Of a stretch of DNA of 32,000 nt, positions 9,624 through 19,709 are shown one piece after another; within the stretch, counting starts at the first letter, position 1; each line of letters begins with the position of its first letter. This DNA is from Horticoccus luteus (GTDB lineage Bacteria; Verrucomicrobiota; Verrucomicrobiia; Opitutales; Opitutaceae): NCBI RefSeq assembly GCF_019464535.1, contig NZ_CP080507.1, forward strand, positions 2,160,001-2,192,000. The letters are read 5' to 3'. The position numbers and the translations under genes were made by a program. The notes under the pieces were generated by a model. It was not told the origin of the DNA. It saw only the letters and a list, made by a program, of their open reading frames with translations, and did not search any database.

Positions 9624-10817
9624 TTAACGCCACCAGGCATTCGCCTGCATGCAGCCTCCGAGCATCGTGGGGCTGACCGGCTGGCTCTGCCCCGTCTCGG
9701 TATCGAGGATGCAAAGGCGGCTCGTGCGCCGATCGCGCGCCGTGTAAATCACGTGCCGCCCGTCCGGCAGCCAGCACGCTTCCAAACCATCGAACGGCGC
9801 ATGGGAGACCTGCACGCTCGCGCGCTTCGAGAAATCGTAAACGCCCACTTGGTAGCCCTTCCCCACGCCCATCGTGAACGCGATTTTTTGCGGATCGGCG
9901 CGATTCCAGTCCGGCTCCGCACAATAGCCGCTGATGTTGGTCGCCACGCGTTGCATGGTGCCGCCGCTCACCGGCAGCAGATAAAGCTGCGGCCCGCCCG
10001 CGGCGTCCGAAGTGAAGACGATGCGCGACCCATCCGGCGAGAAACACGGCGAGGCCTCGACCGCATCCGTGCGCGTCATGCGCCGAATCTGCCGGCCCTG
10101 CGCATTACCGATGTAAATTTCTGCATTCCCTTCGCCGCTCAGCACCATCGCGACCTGCTGACCGTTCGGGCTGAAACGCGCTCCGCTGTTCGTCCCCTTG
10201 AAACTCACGAACGTCGTGCGCTGGAGGCTGCTGAGGTTGATCTGAAAAATGTCCGGGAACCCCGATTTGTAGAAGCTCGTGTAAAGCAGGCGCGTGCCAT
10301 CCGGCGACCAGCGCGGCATCATCGCGATCGCGCCGTCATGGGTGATTTGTTTCACGTCCCGGAAAAACAAATCGGAAACGTACACTTCCTTTTTGCCCGT
10401 GCGCTCACTGATGAACGCGATCTTCGCGGAGAAAAACCCTTTCAACCCCAAACCGTTGGTTTTCTCCACCGCAAGATCCGCGGCGCGCAACAGCGCATCG
10501 TTCACGTCGCTGCCGCTCGCGATCTGGCTCAGCACCGGCGTGCCGGATTTCCCCTTGGTCACATCCACGCGCACCTGTGTGCTGCTCACCGGCGTGAACC
10601 GGATATCGTAGGCGTAATTGCCGCCTTCCACCCGGTAACGCCCGTGCGCTTTGAACGCCTGTTGCGCGAGACCGTTGGTCTCCGGTGTCGAACCCGACAC
10701 CCGCACGGGGATGACCTTGCCTTCGTTCGTTACGTCGACGTAGCCGAGCGAATGTTGCGCGAAAGCGGCGACCGCCGACGCGAAAAACAGGGCGAGAATG
10801 AAACGAAAATTTTGCAT
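9624..10817 (-). CDS. tolB: TolB-like periplasmic beta-propeller protein
   Basis: Signal peptide 'MQNFRFILALFFASAVAAFAQ'. A TolB-N-like domain is followed by repeated PD40-type motifs ('PRWSPDGTRLLYTS', 'ARFSPNGQQVAMV', 'PCFSPDGSRIVFTSD'). No pal or tolQRA genes are adjacent. Confidence 0.8.
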   Translation of the reverse strand: MQNFRFILALFFASAVAAFAQHSLGYVDVTNEGKVIPVRVSGSTPETNGLAQQAFKAHGRYRVEGGNYAYDIRFTPVSSTQVRVDVTKGKSGTPVLSQIASGSDVNDALLRAADLAVEKTNGLGLKGFFSAKIAFISERTGKKEVYVSDLFFRDVKQITHDGAIAMMPRWSPDGTRLLYTSFYKSGFPDIFQINLSSLQRTTFVSFKGTNSGARFSPNGQQVAMVLSGEGNAEIYIGNAQGRQIRRMTRTDAVEASPCFSPDGSRIVFTSDAAGGPQLYLLPVSGGTMQRVATNISGYCAEPDWNRADPQKIAFTMGVGKGYQVGVYDFSKRASVQVSHAPFDGLEACWLPDGRHVIYTARDRRTSRLCILDTETGQSQPVSPTMLGGCMQANAWWR

Positions 10818-10910
10818 GCGATGAGCGTTGCGAACAGTTTAAGGGCGAAGGGGCATTTCTATTTACTCCTCCGCCTGCCATAACAACTAATTTCTCGTCC
10901 AAAATCCATC

Positions 10911-12002
10911 GTGACCTCCGACGCCCTCAAAGACGCCCTCAAGCAAGTTAAATATCCCGGCTTCAGCCGCGACATCGTGTCATTCGGCCTCGTGCGGAGC
11001 GCGGGGTTCACCGACGGCGTCGCCAAGGTTTCGCTCGCGATCACCACCAGCGATCCGAAGGTCCCGCTGCAATTGAGGAACGACGTGGACCGCTGCCTGC
11101 GTGCCGTGCCCGGCGTGCAGGAAACGATCATCGATATCGCCGTTTCCGCCGCAAAAACCCCCGCCGCCGGCGGCAATCTCGGCGGTTCAGGCTCCGCGCC
11201 GAAGGGCCTGAAGCACTCCGTGGCCATCGCTTCCGGCAAAGGCGGCGTCGGGAAAAGCACGTTCGCCGTCAACCTCGCGTGCGCGCTGGCGCAAGTGCTC
11301 GGCGCCGAAGGCCGCCAAGGACGCGTCGGCCTGATGGACTGCGACATCTATGGCCCGAGCGTGCCGCTCATGATGGGCATCAACGGCCGTCCCGAGGTCG
11401 AAGGCGAAGGCGCCGACGCGCTCATCATCCCGTTGGAAAACTACGGCGTGAAAGTCATGAGCATGGGTTTTCTCGTCGACGACAACACCCCGGTCGTCTG
11501 GCGCGGACCGATGATCATGAAGACGATCCAGCAGTTCGTCCAAAACGTGAAATGGGGCGAGCTCGACATCCTCCTCGTCGACCTTCCGCCCGGCACCGGC
11601 GACGCGCAACTTTCCCTCGTGCAAACCCTGCCTCTCGATGGCGCGGTCCTGGTGACCACACCGCAAGCTGCCGCCACGAACGTGGCGCGCAAGGGTGGAT
11701 TGATGTTTCAAAAAGTGAACGTGCCCCTGCTCGGCGTGGCTGAAAACATGAGCTACTTCATCGACTCTGCCGGCCAGCGTCATGCGCTGTTCGGCGAAGG
11801 TGGCGGCATTGCCGTCGCGGAGCGTCTCGGCACCACCTTGCTCGGCCAGGTGCCGCTACTCAGCGCGATTCGCGCCGGCGGCGACTCCGGCATCCCCGTC
11901 GTCGTGAGTGAACCGGAAGGCGCCGCCGCCCAATCTTTCACGGCGATTGCGCGTAGTTTGCTCGCGCGTCTCGCTCCCCGCCCGACTCCGGAGACCACGT
12001 GA
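10911..12002 (+). CDS. apbC: Mrp/NBP35-family Fe-S cluster carrier ATPase with N-terminal DUF59/MIP18 domain
   Basis: GTG start. N-terminal 'LKQVKYPGFSRDIVSFGLV' (DUF59-like). Deviant Walker A 'IASGKGGVGKSTFAVNLA' and the family block 'LDILLVDLPPGTGDAQLS'. Confidence 0.9.
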   Translation: MTSDALKDALKQVKYPGFSRDIVSFGLVRSAGFTDGVAKVSLAITTSDPKVPLQLRNDVDRCLRAVPGVQETIIDIAVSAAKTPAAGGNLGGSGSAPKGLKHSVAIASGKGGVGKSTFAVNLACALAQVLGAEGRQGRVGLMDCDIYGPSVPLMMGINGRPEVEGEGADALIIPLENYGVKVMSMGFLVDDNTPVVWRGPMIMKTIQQFVQNVKWGELDILLVDLPPGTGDAQLSLVQTLPLDGAVLVTTPQAAATNVARKGGLMFQKVNVPLLGVAENMSYFIDSAGQRHALFGEGGGIAVAERLGTTLLGQVPLLSAIRAGGDSGIPVVVSEPEGAAAQSFTAIARSLLARLAPRPTPETT

Positions 12003-12069
12003 CACGACTCGCGGCATCGCAGGCATTGACAGTGCTTCTTCGCTCGCTCTCATTGCCGAGCGCCAGCGC

Positions 12070-12308
<239 letters not shown>

Positions 12309-12324
<16 letters not shown>

Positions 12325-12345
12325 CCCGGTTGAGGTCAGTTTCTT
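12309..12345. terminator. bidirectional intrinsic terminator between the small ORF (+) and rpmG (-)
   Basis: Hairpin with stem ctgacc (12321-12326), loop cggttga, stem ggtcag (12334-12339). TTTCTT follows on the + strand and TTTTCTTTTTT on the - strand (complement of 12309-12320). A second GC hairpin, gccgcgg-atgac-ccgcggc (12354-12372), lies just downstream of the rpmG stop. Confidence 0.5.
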
Positions 12346-12385
12346 GAAGGATTGCCGCGGATGACCCGCGGCCGGAAGAAAAACG

Positions 12386-12550
12386 TTACTTGATCTCCTT
12401 GTGGAGCGTGTGCCGCTTCAGGTGCGGATTGTATTTCTTCTTTTCGATGCGCTCCGTCACCGTCTTTTTGTTGCGCTTCGTGAGATAGCGCGAGACGGGT
12501 TTCCCCTCTTTGCGGGCTTCGGTGCACTCTAAGATGACTTGTTCTTGCAT
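12386..12550 (-). CDS. rpmG: 50S ribosomal protein L33
   Basis: 54-codon ORF below the track length cut-off: '[54 protein letters not shown]'. This matches the L33 pattern (..TKRNKK....ERLE.KKY.P....HT.HKE.K). The track ORF 12336-12608 is in the wrong frame. Confidence 0.85.
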   Translation of the reverse strand: MQEQVILECTEARKEGKPVSRYLTKRNKKTVTERIEKKKYNPHLKRHTLHKEIK

Positions 12551-12638
12551 GATCGTGGGCAGTTGAAGGGTCAGAGCAAACGTTGCCGCCCGGTGCCTGC
12601 AACCTCAAAGTTGCCCCACCCCATCTTCGCGCGTTCGC

Positions 12639-14003
12639 TCAGGTCGAGTTCGCGCCGACGGCGATTTTCTTTTCAGTCAGCGGGAGCATCACGCCGCGGC
12701 GAAACAACGTCACCAAGCCGGTGCTCGACGAGACGACCAGCGCAATGCAGTTCGCCGCCACGCTCACCGCCGCCGCTGCCGCGTGCCGGCTGCCCAGTCC
12801 GCTCGGCAACGTGTGATCGGCGTCCGTCGCTTGCACCAGGCTACCGGCCGTTTCCACCACCCCATCGCCTCGGATCACGAACGCTCCATCGATCGACGAA
12901 AACTCTTTCACCGTTTCGTCCATGAAGGGGTTGAGGATGTTGCGATCCTCTTCCTTGTAACCGTAAAACGGGTTGAGCACGAGGGGCTTGGTCAGCTTTG
13001 AAACTTTTTCGTAATCACCCACGACGAACAGGCAGCCCACCGGCCGGCCTTCGCGCCCCTCGACCGCGAGTTCGGTCGCGATCGCGATCACGCGCTCCAG
13101 CACTTCCGCCTTCACGTCGGCCGGCAAAAGTTGCGCCTGCCCGGTGAGCAAGGGCGAAAATTCCCGCTCCACATCGACGACGACGAGCGTGTCGAACTGA
13201 TTGCTGCCCGTGATTCCACCGACACAGCACACCCGGTCTTTGAAAGAAATCACTCCGCGCGTCAGCGCCACCAGCATCGCACTGCGCAACTGCGCGAGCC
13301 GGCTGCTGGAAAAGGACCGGACCTGAATCGTCTCCGTAAACGCCTTGCCCTCGTTTTCCGATGGCTCGATGGGATTGCGCGTCACCAAAATCGTTTTCAT
13401 CCGCGCGCGGAGCGAGTCCGACTGCAAGCCGCCAATAAACGTGTCGCCAAACACCATGATCGACGCGCAATCCGCCCCCCTCGCCACTCGCTCCGCCTCC
13501 GTGAACATCAGCCGGTTGATGCGATTCTGCTGCGCCTGCACCGGACGGATGCCGCCGAACCCGCCGATCAAGCGCTCGTAAAGGGCGTCCAAATCCGGCG
13601 CGCCGACGAGACTTTCCACGAGCTCGGGATCCTTCACCAGCCGCGCGATCGAGGCCAGCATCTGCAGATAATCGCGCGCATCTTCGCCGGCGATTAACAT
13701 CACGATCAACCGCACGCGCTCCTCATCCTTTGTCCCGTCGTGGCGAATACCCACCCGGCTGCGCCCGATCGCGAGAATATACCGGCGCTTCATTTTGACG
13801 CGCACGTGCGGCAGGGCGACGCCGTAGCCGAGATACGTCGTCATCGTGCTTTCCCGCGCCAGCAGCGCACGCAACAGTGCGTCGGGCTTCAAGTCGGGAA
13901 ACCGCGCCACGCACACCGCCAGCAATTCCTGCAGCGCCCCTTCGAGATCGAGACTGCGCAGGTCGACGACGCGACTGCGGGCGATGATTTGGTCGAGCCG
14001 CAT
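12639..14003 (-). CDS. PTS EIIA(Ntr-type) domain / PK_C-like domain / diadenylate cyclase (DAC, DisA_N) fusion protein
   Basis: The N-terminus has the EIIA-2 signature 'TYLGYGVALPHVRV' (His66 = nt 13806-13808) and 'VRLIVMLIAGEDARDYLQMLASIARL'. The C-terminus has DAC motifs 'DGAFVIRGDG' (DGA = nt 12882-12890), 'LGSRHAAAAAVS' (RHA = nt 12780-12788) and 'ALVVSSSTGLVTLFRRG'. There are no TM helices and no HhH domain. Confidence 0.88.
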   Translation of the reverse strand: MRLDQIIARSRVVDLRSLDLEGALQELLAVCVARFPDLKPDALLRALLARESTMTTYLGYGVALPHVRVKMKRRYILAIGRSRVGIRHDGTKDEERVRLIVMLIAGEDARDYLQMLASIARLVKDPELVESLVGAPDLDALYERLIGGFGGIRPVQAQQNRINRLMFTEAERVARGADCASIMVFGDTFIGGLQSDSLRARMKTILVTRNPIEPSENEGKAFTETIQVRSFSSSRLAQLRSAMLVALTRGVISFKDRVCCVGGITGSNQFDTLVVVDVEREFSPLLTGQAQLLPADVKAEVLERVIAIATELAVEGREGRPVGCLFVVGDYEKVSKLTKPLVLNPFYGYKEEDRNILNPFMDETVKEFSSIDGAFVIRGDGVVETAGSLVQATDADHTLPSGLGSRHAAAAAVSVAANCIALVVSSSTGLVTLFRRGVMLPLTEKKIAVGANST

Positions 14004-14040
14004 AAGTCAGTTCGCTGGCGGGCGGCTCGTCACCCGCGGT

Positions 14041-14415
14041 TTACTTCTCCCACTCGAGAGCGCCCTTTTTTACTTCGTAAAACAATCCCAGCACCAGCAC
14101 CCCGATGAAAAACAGCATCGGCGTGAGAATCGTAATGTGATTGGCGAGAAACTCCCGGTAAATGAACGACCACGGGATCAGGAACACCACTTCGATATCG
14201 AAGAGGATGAAGAGCATGACCGTGACGTAAAACTTCACCGAAAACCGGCTGTGCACCACGCCCTGGGCGGCGACGCCGCACTCATACGCGCTATCCTTGA
14301 TCTTGTTCTTGCTCGCCCGCTGGCCCAGAAACTGGCTCAGCCCGATGATCGTGCCGCCGATGGCCGCCGCCAGGCAGATTTGAATCAGAAACGGAAGATA
14401 GGCCGCGGAAGACAT
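14041..14415 (-). CDS. nuoA: NADH-quinone oxidoreductase subunit A (NuoA/ND3 family), not followed by nuoB-N
   Basis: 124 aa from the internal ATG (complement of 14413-14415). It has three hydrophobic helices and the family core 'YECGVAAQG...FSVKFYVTVMLFILFDIEVVFLIPWS'. The upstream extension of the track ORF to 15039 is out-of-frame shadow of the neighbouring gene. Confidence 0.85.
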   Translation of the reverse strand: MSSAAYLPFLIQICLAAAIGGTIIGLSQFLGQRASKNKIKDSAYECGVAAQGVVHSRFSVKFYVTVMLFILFDIEVVFLIPWSFIYREFLANHITILTPMLFFIGVLVLGLFYEVKKGALEWEK

Positions 14416-14459
14416 TGTCTGAAAAGTGCTCTGAGTGCGGGTGCTGGCGCAAGCGGTTT

Positions 14460-15536
14460 CTATGGCCGCACGTCGATGATGTGCGCCGAGGCCACCTTCG
14501 TCGATCCCACCCCGAGAATCTCGGCGTATTCCAACGTGCGGATGTCCTCCGAGATCGGGGGGAATCCGTAGCGCTTTCGCCACATATTCATCCGCGCGAG
14601 CATCATCGAATCGATGATCACTGGATCGCTGCTCAACCACAGAAGCGGTTCGGACTGCGTGTAGAGCGAATTGAAAAACGGTCCGCCAATAAACTGGTAG
14701 TGCTCGAGGCTCGCGATCGTGAATTCCCACGTCTCGCGCAATTCCGGGATCGCGCTCATTTCCGCGACCGCCGCCGGCGCATTGGCCGGCGAACGGAAGA
14801 AACGCGCCGTGTTGGACGCGTTCCACAATGTCGCATTCACCAGTGCACCGTTCACGCCCAACGTCGGATGATCGGTATAAACCGGCAGGTTGATCCAGAA
14901 ATCCGCATCGAGAAACAGCGGCGTCGCGAGAAAGCTCTTGCGATCTTCGTCCTTGGTCGACGAATTCGAGAAATCCTTGGTTTGCGATTCGGCGAAGATC
15001 GGATCGAAACGCTGCGGCAACGGACTGTCGTAAAACCAAACCGGGTCGTAAAACCGCCCCGATTCTAACACATAGACCGGATGGCCCTTGAACGGCGTTT
15101 GTCCGGTCACGAGCGCCGGCAGATAGCCTGTCATGCGCAACCGCAGCTGATTGAGGCCGACGAGAAAAATCCCTTCCTTGTCGAAGCCGCGCCGCTCCAG
15201 CGCCGCAATCACCGCCTGCACCAGCGGCACGGGCGTGGCCATGCCCGGCCCGGAATCCGTGTAAATCTTCAACCCAACTTTCTTCTTCGGCCCCGGCGCC
15301 AACCGTTTGCCGGTCGCCTGCTCAAAACGCGTGATCAACGTCTCCACGGCCGCGTCGTAACTCGGTTCGCTGAACGAGGGCAGTTTCGCCTCCCACACCG
15401 GCGCGCGCGGCGCCTTGGGCGCCGCCGCTACATTCGACGGTGGCAACTGCGGCGCCGCCGTCGGCGCAGCCGGTCCGGCCCCCGCCGAAACGGTCAGGCA
15501 AGCCCATCCGATCAGCGCAAACAAAAATGGCCGCAT
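14460..15536 (-). CDS. secreted DUF362-like protein
   Basis: Start chosen at 'MRPFLFALIGWACLTVSAGAG' (signal-peptide-like); the ATG at 15572 is an alternative. A Pro/Ala-rich linker follows. DUF362-like blocks are 'KKVGLKIYTDSGPGMATPVPLVQAVIAALERRGF' and 'DADFWINLPVYTDHPTLGVNGALVN'. Confidence 0.65.
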   Translation of the reverse strand: MRPFLFALIGWACLTVSAGAGPAAPTAAPQLPPSNVAAAPKAPRAPVWEAKLPSFSEPSYDAAVETLITRFEQATGKRLAPGPKKKVGLKIYTDSGPGMATPVPLVQAVIAALERRGFDKEGIFLVGLNQLRLRMTGYLPALVTGQTPFKGHPVYVLESGRFYDPVWFYDSPLPQRFDPIFAESQTKDFSNSSTKDEDRKSFLATPLFLDADFWINLPVYTDHPTLGVNGALVNATLWNASNTARFFRSPANAPAAVAEMSAIPELRETWEFTIASLEHYQFIGGPFFNSLYTQSEPLLWLSSDPVIIDSMMLARMNMWRKRYGFPPISEDIRTLEYAEILGVGSTKVASAHIIDVRP

Positions 15537-15642
15537 TGCTCGTATGTAGCCGGAGGGACACGGATGTTTCATCGATAAACCGCAAAACTTGACAGCCCCC
15601 CCGTCGGGTTGAAAGTGCATTCTTTCTCCTGCCGCCGATCCC

Positions 15643-17493
15643 ATGCCCGTCATCAAGCCCACCTGCGTTCGGGACCTGAAATTACGGGTGAACATAGCCG
15701 ATGTCGTCGCGCGGGTCGTCACCCTGCGCAAAGCCGGTGCGCGCCTCAAGGGCTTGTGCCCGTTTCACCAAGAGAAGACACCGTCGTTCAACGTCGATCC
15801 CGATAAGGGGTTTTTCAAGTGCTTCGGCTGCGGCAAAGCCGGCGACATCATCAGCTTCGTGCGCGAAACGGAGCAACTCAGCTTCAGCGAAGCGATCGAG
15901 ACGCTGGGGCAACGCTTTGGCGTCGTCATCGAATACGAAGAGGGCTCCGGCCCCTCTCGCGAAGAGCGTTCGCTGCGGCAGGAGCTCTTCGAAATTCACG
16001 ACCTCGCCACCGAGCACTTTCACCGCGCGTTTCGCGGCGATTCACCCACCGGTGAATTCATGCGGCGTTACTGGCAGGACGCGCGCCGCTTCGATCTCAC
16101 CATCGCCGAGGAATTCAAAATCGGCGTGGCCGCGCCCACGGACGACGGCCTCGCCGCCGCCCTCCTCAAACGCAAATTCTCCGAGGATGCGCTCCGCCAG
16201 TGCGGCCTGTTCTTCGTGCGCGAAACCGCCGTCCTCGGCCTCGGCTCGCTCAAGCCGCGTTTCCGCGGGCGCCTCATGATCCCTATTCGCGATCATCAAG
16301 GTCGCGTCGTCGCCTTCACCGCCCGCCAGACCGAACTCACCCCGGCCGACGATCCCGCGCACGACGCGAAATACGTTAACTCGCCGGAAACACCCATCTT
16401 CACGAAGGGCAATCTCCTCTTCAATCTCGACCGCGCCCGCACCGCCGCCGGCGACGGCCATCCCTTCGTGCTCGTGGAGGGCCAGCTCGACGCGATTCGT
16501 TGCTGGAGCGTGGGCCTCAAGACGGCCATCGCTCCGCAGGGCACCTCGATCACCGAAAACCAGCTCCTGCTCCTGCGCCGCTATCATCCGCAGGTCGAAT
16601 GCTTCTTTGATAGCGACAACGCCGGCCAAAAAGCCGCCCTGCGGTTTCTGCCCATGGCGTTGAAGGCCGGGATCGAAGCCCGGTTTCTCGTGCTGCCCGC
16701 CGGCGAAAAACTCGACCCCGACCTGCTCTTCCGCGAGCGCGGTCTTGCCGCTTACGAGGACCTCCGCCAGCACGCGGTGTCAGCCATGGCGTTTGCCACC
16801 AAGGCTATTTTGCCCCGCGCCGACGATGCCTCGGCCGAACATCGTTCGCGCGCCGCCCAGCAGTTATTCGAAATCGTCGCCATGGCCGAAAGCTCGGTCA
16901 CCCGGACCACCTTTCTCAGCGAGGCCGCCGGCCACCTCGGGCTTCAAACAGGCGCCGTGCAGCGCGATTTCGAAACGTTTCTTCAACGCGCCAGCCGCGC
17001 TCCTTCCTCCCGCCCCGCCCCGCCCGCGCCGACCCGCACCGCCACCCAAAACATTACTCCCGAACACGAGTTGCTTCTCCTCTGCCTCCATTGCGAACAA
17101 CTCGGGAAACCGCTCAGCCTCCACCTGCCGCACGAGTGGATCGATACATCACACGTCGCGGGCGTGCTCCTCAATCGCTTTCTCGCCGAGTTCGAACACG
17201 ACGGCTGGCCGGGCCGCGACCACCTGGACGCCCTGTTGGAGACACCCGAGGAAAAGACGCTCGTCGCCTCGCTCCTCTTTGATGCGCCGGAGTTTGAGGA
17301 TCCCGCAAAAATCGCCGCCGAAGGCCTCACCATGCTGCGCCGCCGGGCGCTCCAACCCCGCCTGCGGCAAATAGAACTTGCTTTAGCCTCCCCCCATGGG
17401 GACATTCATGCTGACCCAATTTCACTGCTAAAAGAACGCTCCGAAATTCAACGTCAGCTCCGCCAACCGCTCGGCCTGCCCGTAGCGGTTTAG
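15643..17493 (+). CDS. dnaG: DNA primase
   Basis: Zinc-ribbon '[37 protein letters not shown]'. RNA-polymerase core '[22 protein letters not shown]'. TOPRIM '[10 protein letters not shown]...[11 protein letters not shown]'. Confidence 0.95.
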   Translation: MPVIKPTCVRDLKLRVNIADVVARVVTLRKAGARLKGLCPFHQEKTPSFNVDPDKGFFKCFGCGKAGDIISFVRETEQLSFSEAIETLGQRFGVVIEYEEGSGPSREERSLRQELFEIHDLATEHFHRAFRGDSPTGEFMRRYWQDARRFDLTIAEEFKIGVAAPTDDGLAAALLKRKFSEDALRQCGLFFVRETAVLGLGSLKPRFRGRLMIPIRDHQGRVVAFTARQTELTPADDPAHDAKYVNSPETPIFTKGNLLFNLDRARTAAGDGHPFVLVEGQLDAIRCWSVGLKTAIAPQGTSITENQLLLLRRYHPQVECFFDSDNAGQKAALRFLPMALKAGIEARFLVLPAGEKLDPDLLFRERGLAAYEDLRQHAVSAMAFATKAILPRADDASAEHRSRAAQQLFEIVAMAESSVTRTTFLSEAAGHLGLQTGAVQRDFETFLQRASRAPSSRPAPPAPTRTATQNITPEHELLLLCLHCEQLGKPLSLHLPHEWIDTSHVAGVLLNRFLAEFEHDGWPGRDHLDALLETPEEKTLVASLLFDAPEFEDPAKIAAEGLTMLRRRALQPRLRQIELALASPHGDIHADPISLLKERSEIQRQLRQPLGLPVAV

Positions 17494-17512
17494 TTTATTT
17501 TTCGAATCACAC

Positions 17513-19312
<1,800 letters not shown>

Positions 19313-19339
19313 GCGCGCAGCGCTGCCGTTTTCCTGCCC

Positions 19340-19370
19340 CGCCGTCGCCGTGCTGGCGACGGCGTTTTTA
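19340..19370 (+). terminator. Rho-independent terminator after rpoD
   Basis: Perfect 10-bp GC-rich stem cgccgtcgcc (19340-19349) / ggcgacggcg (19355-19364) with loop gtgct. TTTTT follows at 19365-19369. Confidence 0.85.
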
Positions 19371-19402
19371 TGGTCGGCCCACCGGCTAATTCCGTTTCCA
19401 CC

Positions 19403-19430
19403 TTTACACCCCCTCTGCGTCGCATAGATT
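19403..19430 (+). promoter_or_regulatory. possible sigma-70-type promoter for tatA
   Basis: TTTACA (19403-19408), a 16-nt spacer, then TAGATT (19425-19430). The -10-like hexamer ends only 9 nt before the tatA ATG, which would imply a nearly leaderless mRNA. This rests on hexamer matching only. Confidence 0.3.
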
Positions 19431-19439
19431 GGGCCTACC

Positions 19440-19661
19440 ATGAATTTTCCCTCTGCTCCGCTCGCGGGTATCTTCGGACTCGGTGCGCCCGAGCTCCTCG
19501 TGATCCTGGTGATCCTGCTCGTCCTCTTCGGCGGGGCCAAGCTCCCTTCCCTCGCCAAGGGCCTCGGCCAAAGCATCAAGGAATTTAAGAAAGCCAGTCG
19601 CGACGAAGAGCCCGAAACCGCCAAAACGGCGGCGACCAAAACGCCCCCTCCGACGCCCTGA
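19440..19661 (+). CDS. tatA: twin-arginine translocase subunit TatA/E
   Basis: 73 aa: '[43 protein letters not shown]' (TM helix, hinge Gly, amphipathic helix), then a charged, Pro-rich tail. Confidence 0.9.
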   Translation: MNFPSAPLAGIFGLGAPELLVILVILLVLFGGAKLPSLAKGLGQSIKEFKKASRDEEPETAKTAATKTPPPTP

Positions 19662-19709
19662 GTCCGGTCGATTCCCCTCTTTTTCCAGCGCGCCTTCGTG
19701 GCGAGCTTT

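Noticed and set aside
9573-10883. 436-aa plus-strand ORF overlapping tolB
   Set aside because: It is the shadow of the TolB-like gene, which has a signal peptide and repeated PD40 motifs, and it has no motifs of its own.
11908-12069. N-terminal extension of the small ORF (138-aa version)
   Set aside because: It overlaps the 3' end of apbC in another frame and is an Arg-rich stretch. The internal ATG at 12070 gives a compact, protein-like product.
12336-12608. 90-aa minus-strand ORF from the track
   Set aside because: This is the wrong reading frame over the rpmG locus. The neighbouring frame gives a textbook L33 sequence.
14416-15039. Upstream 208 codons of the 332-aa track ORF 14041-15039
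   Set aside because: Only the last 124 codons are NuoA-like. The rest overlaps the DUF362 gene out of frame and is Arg/Gly-rich.
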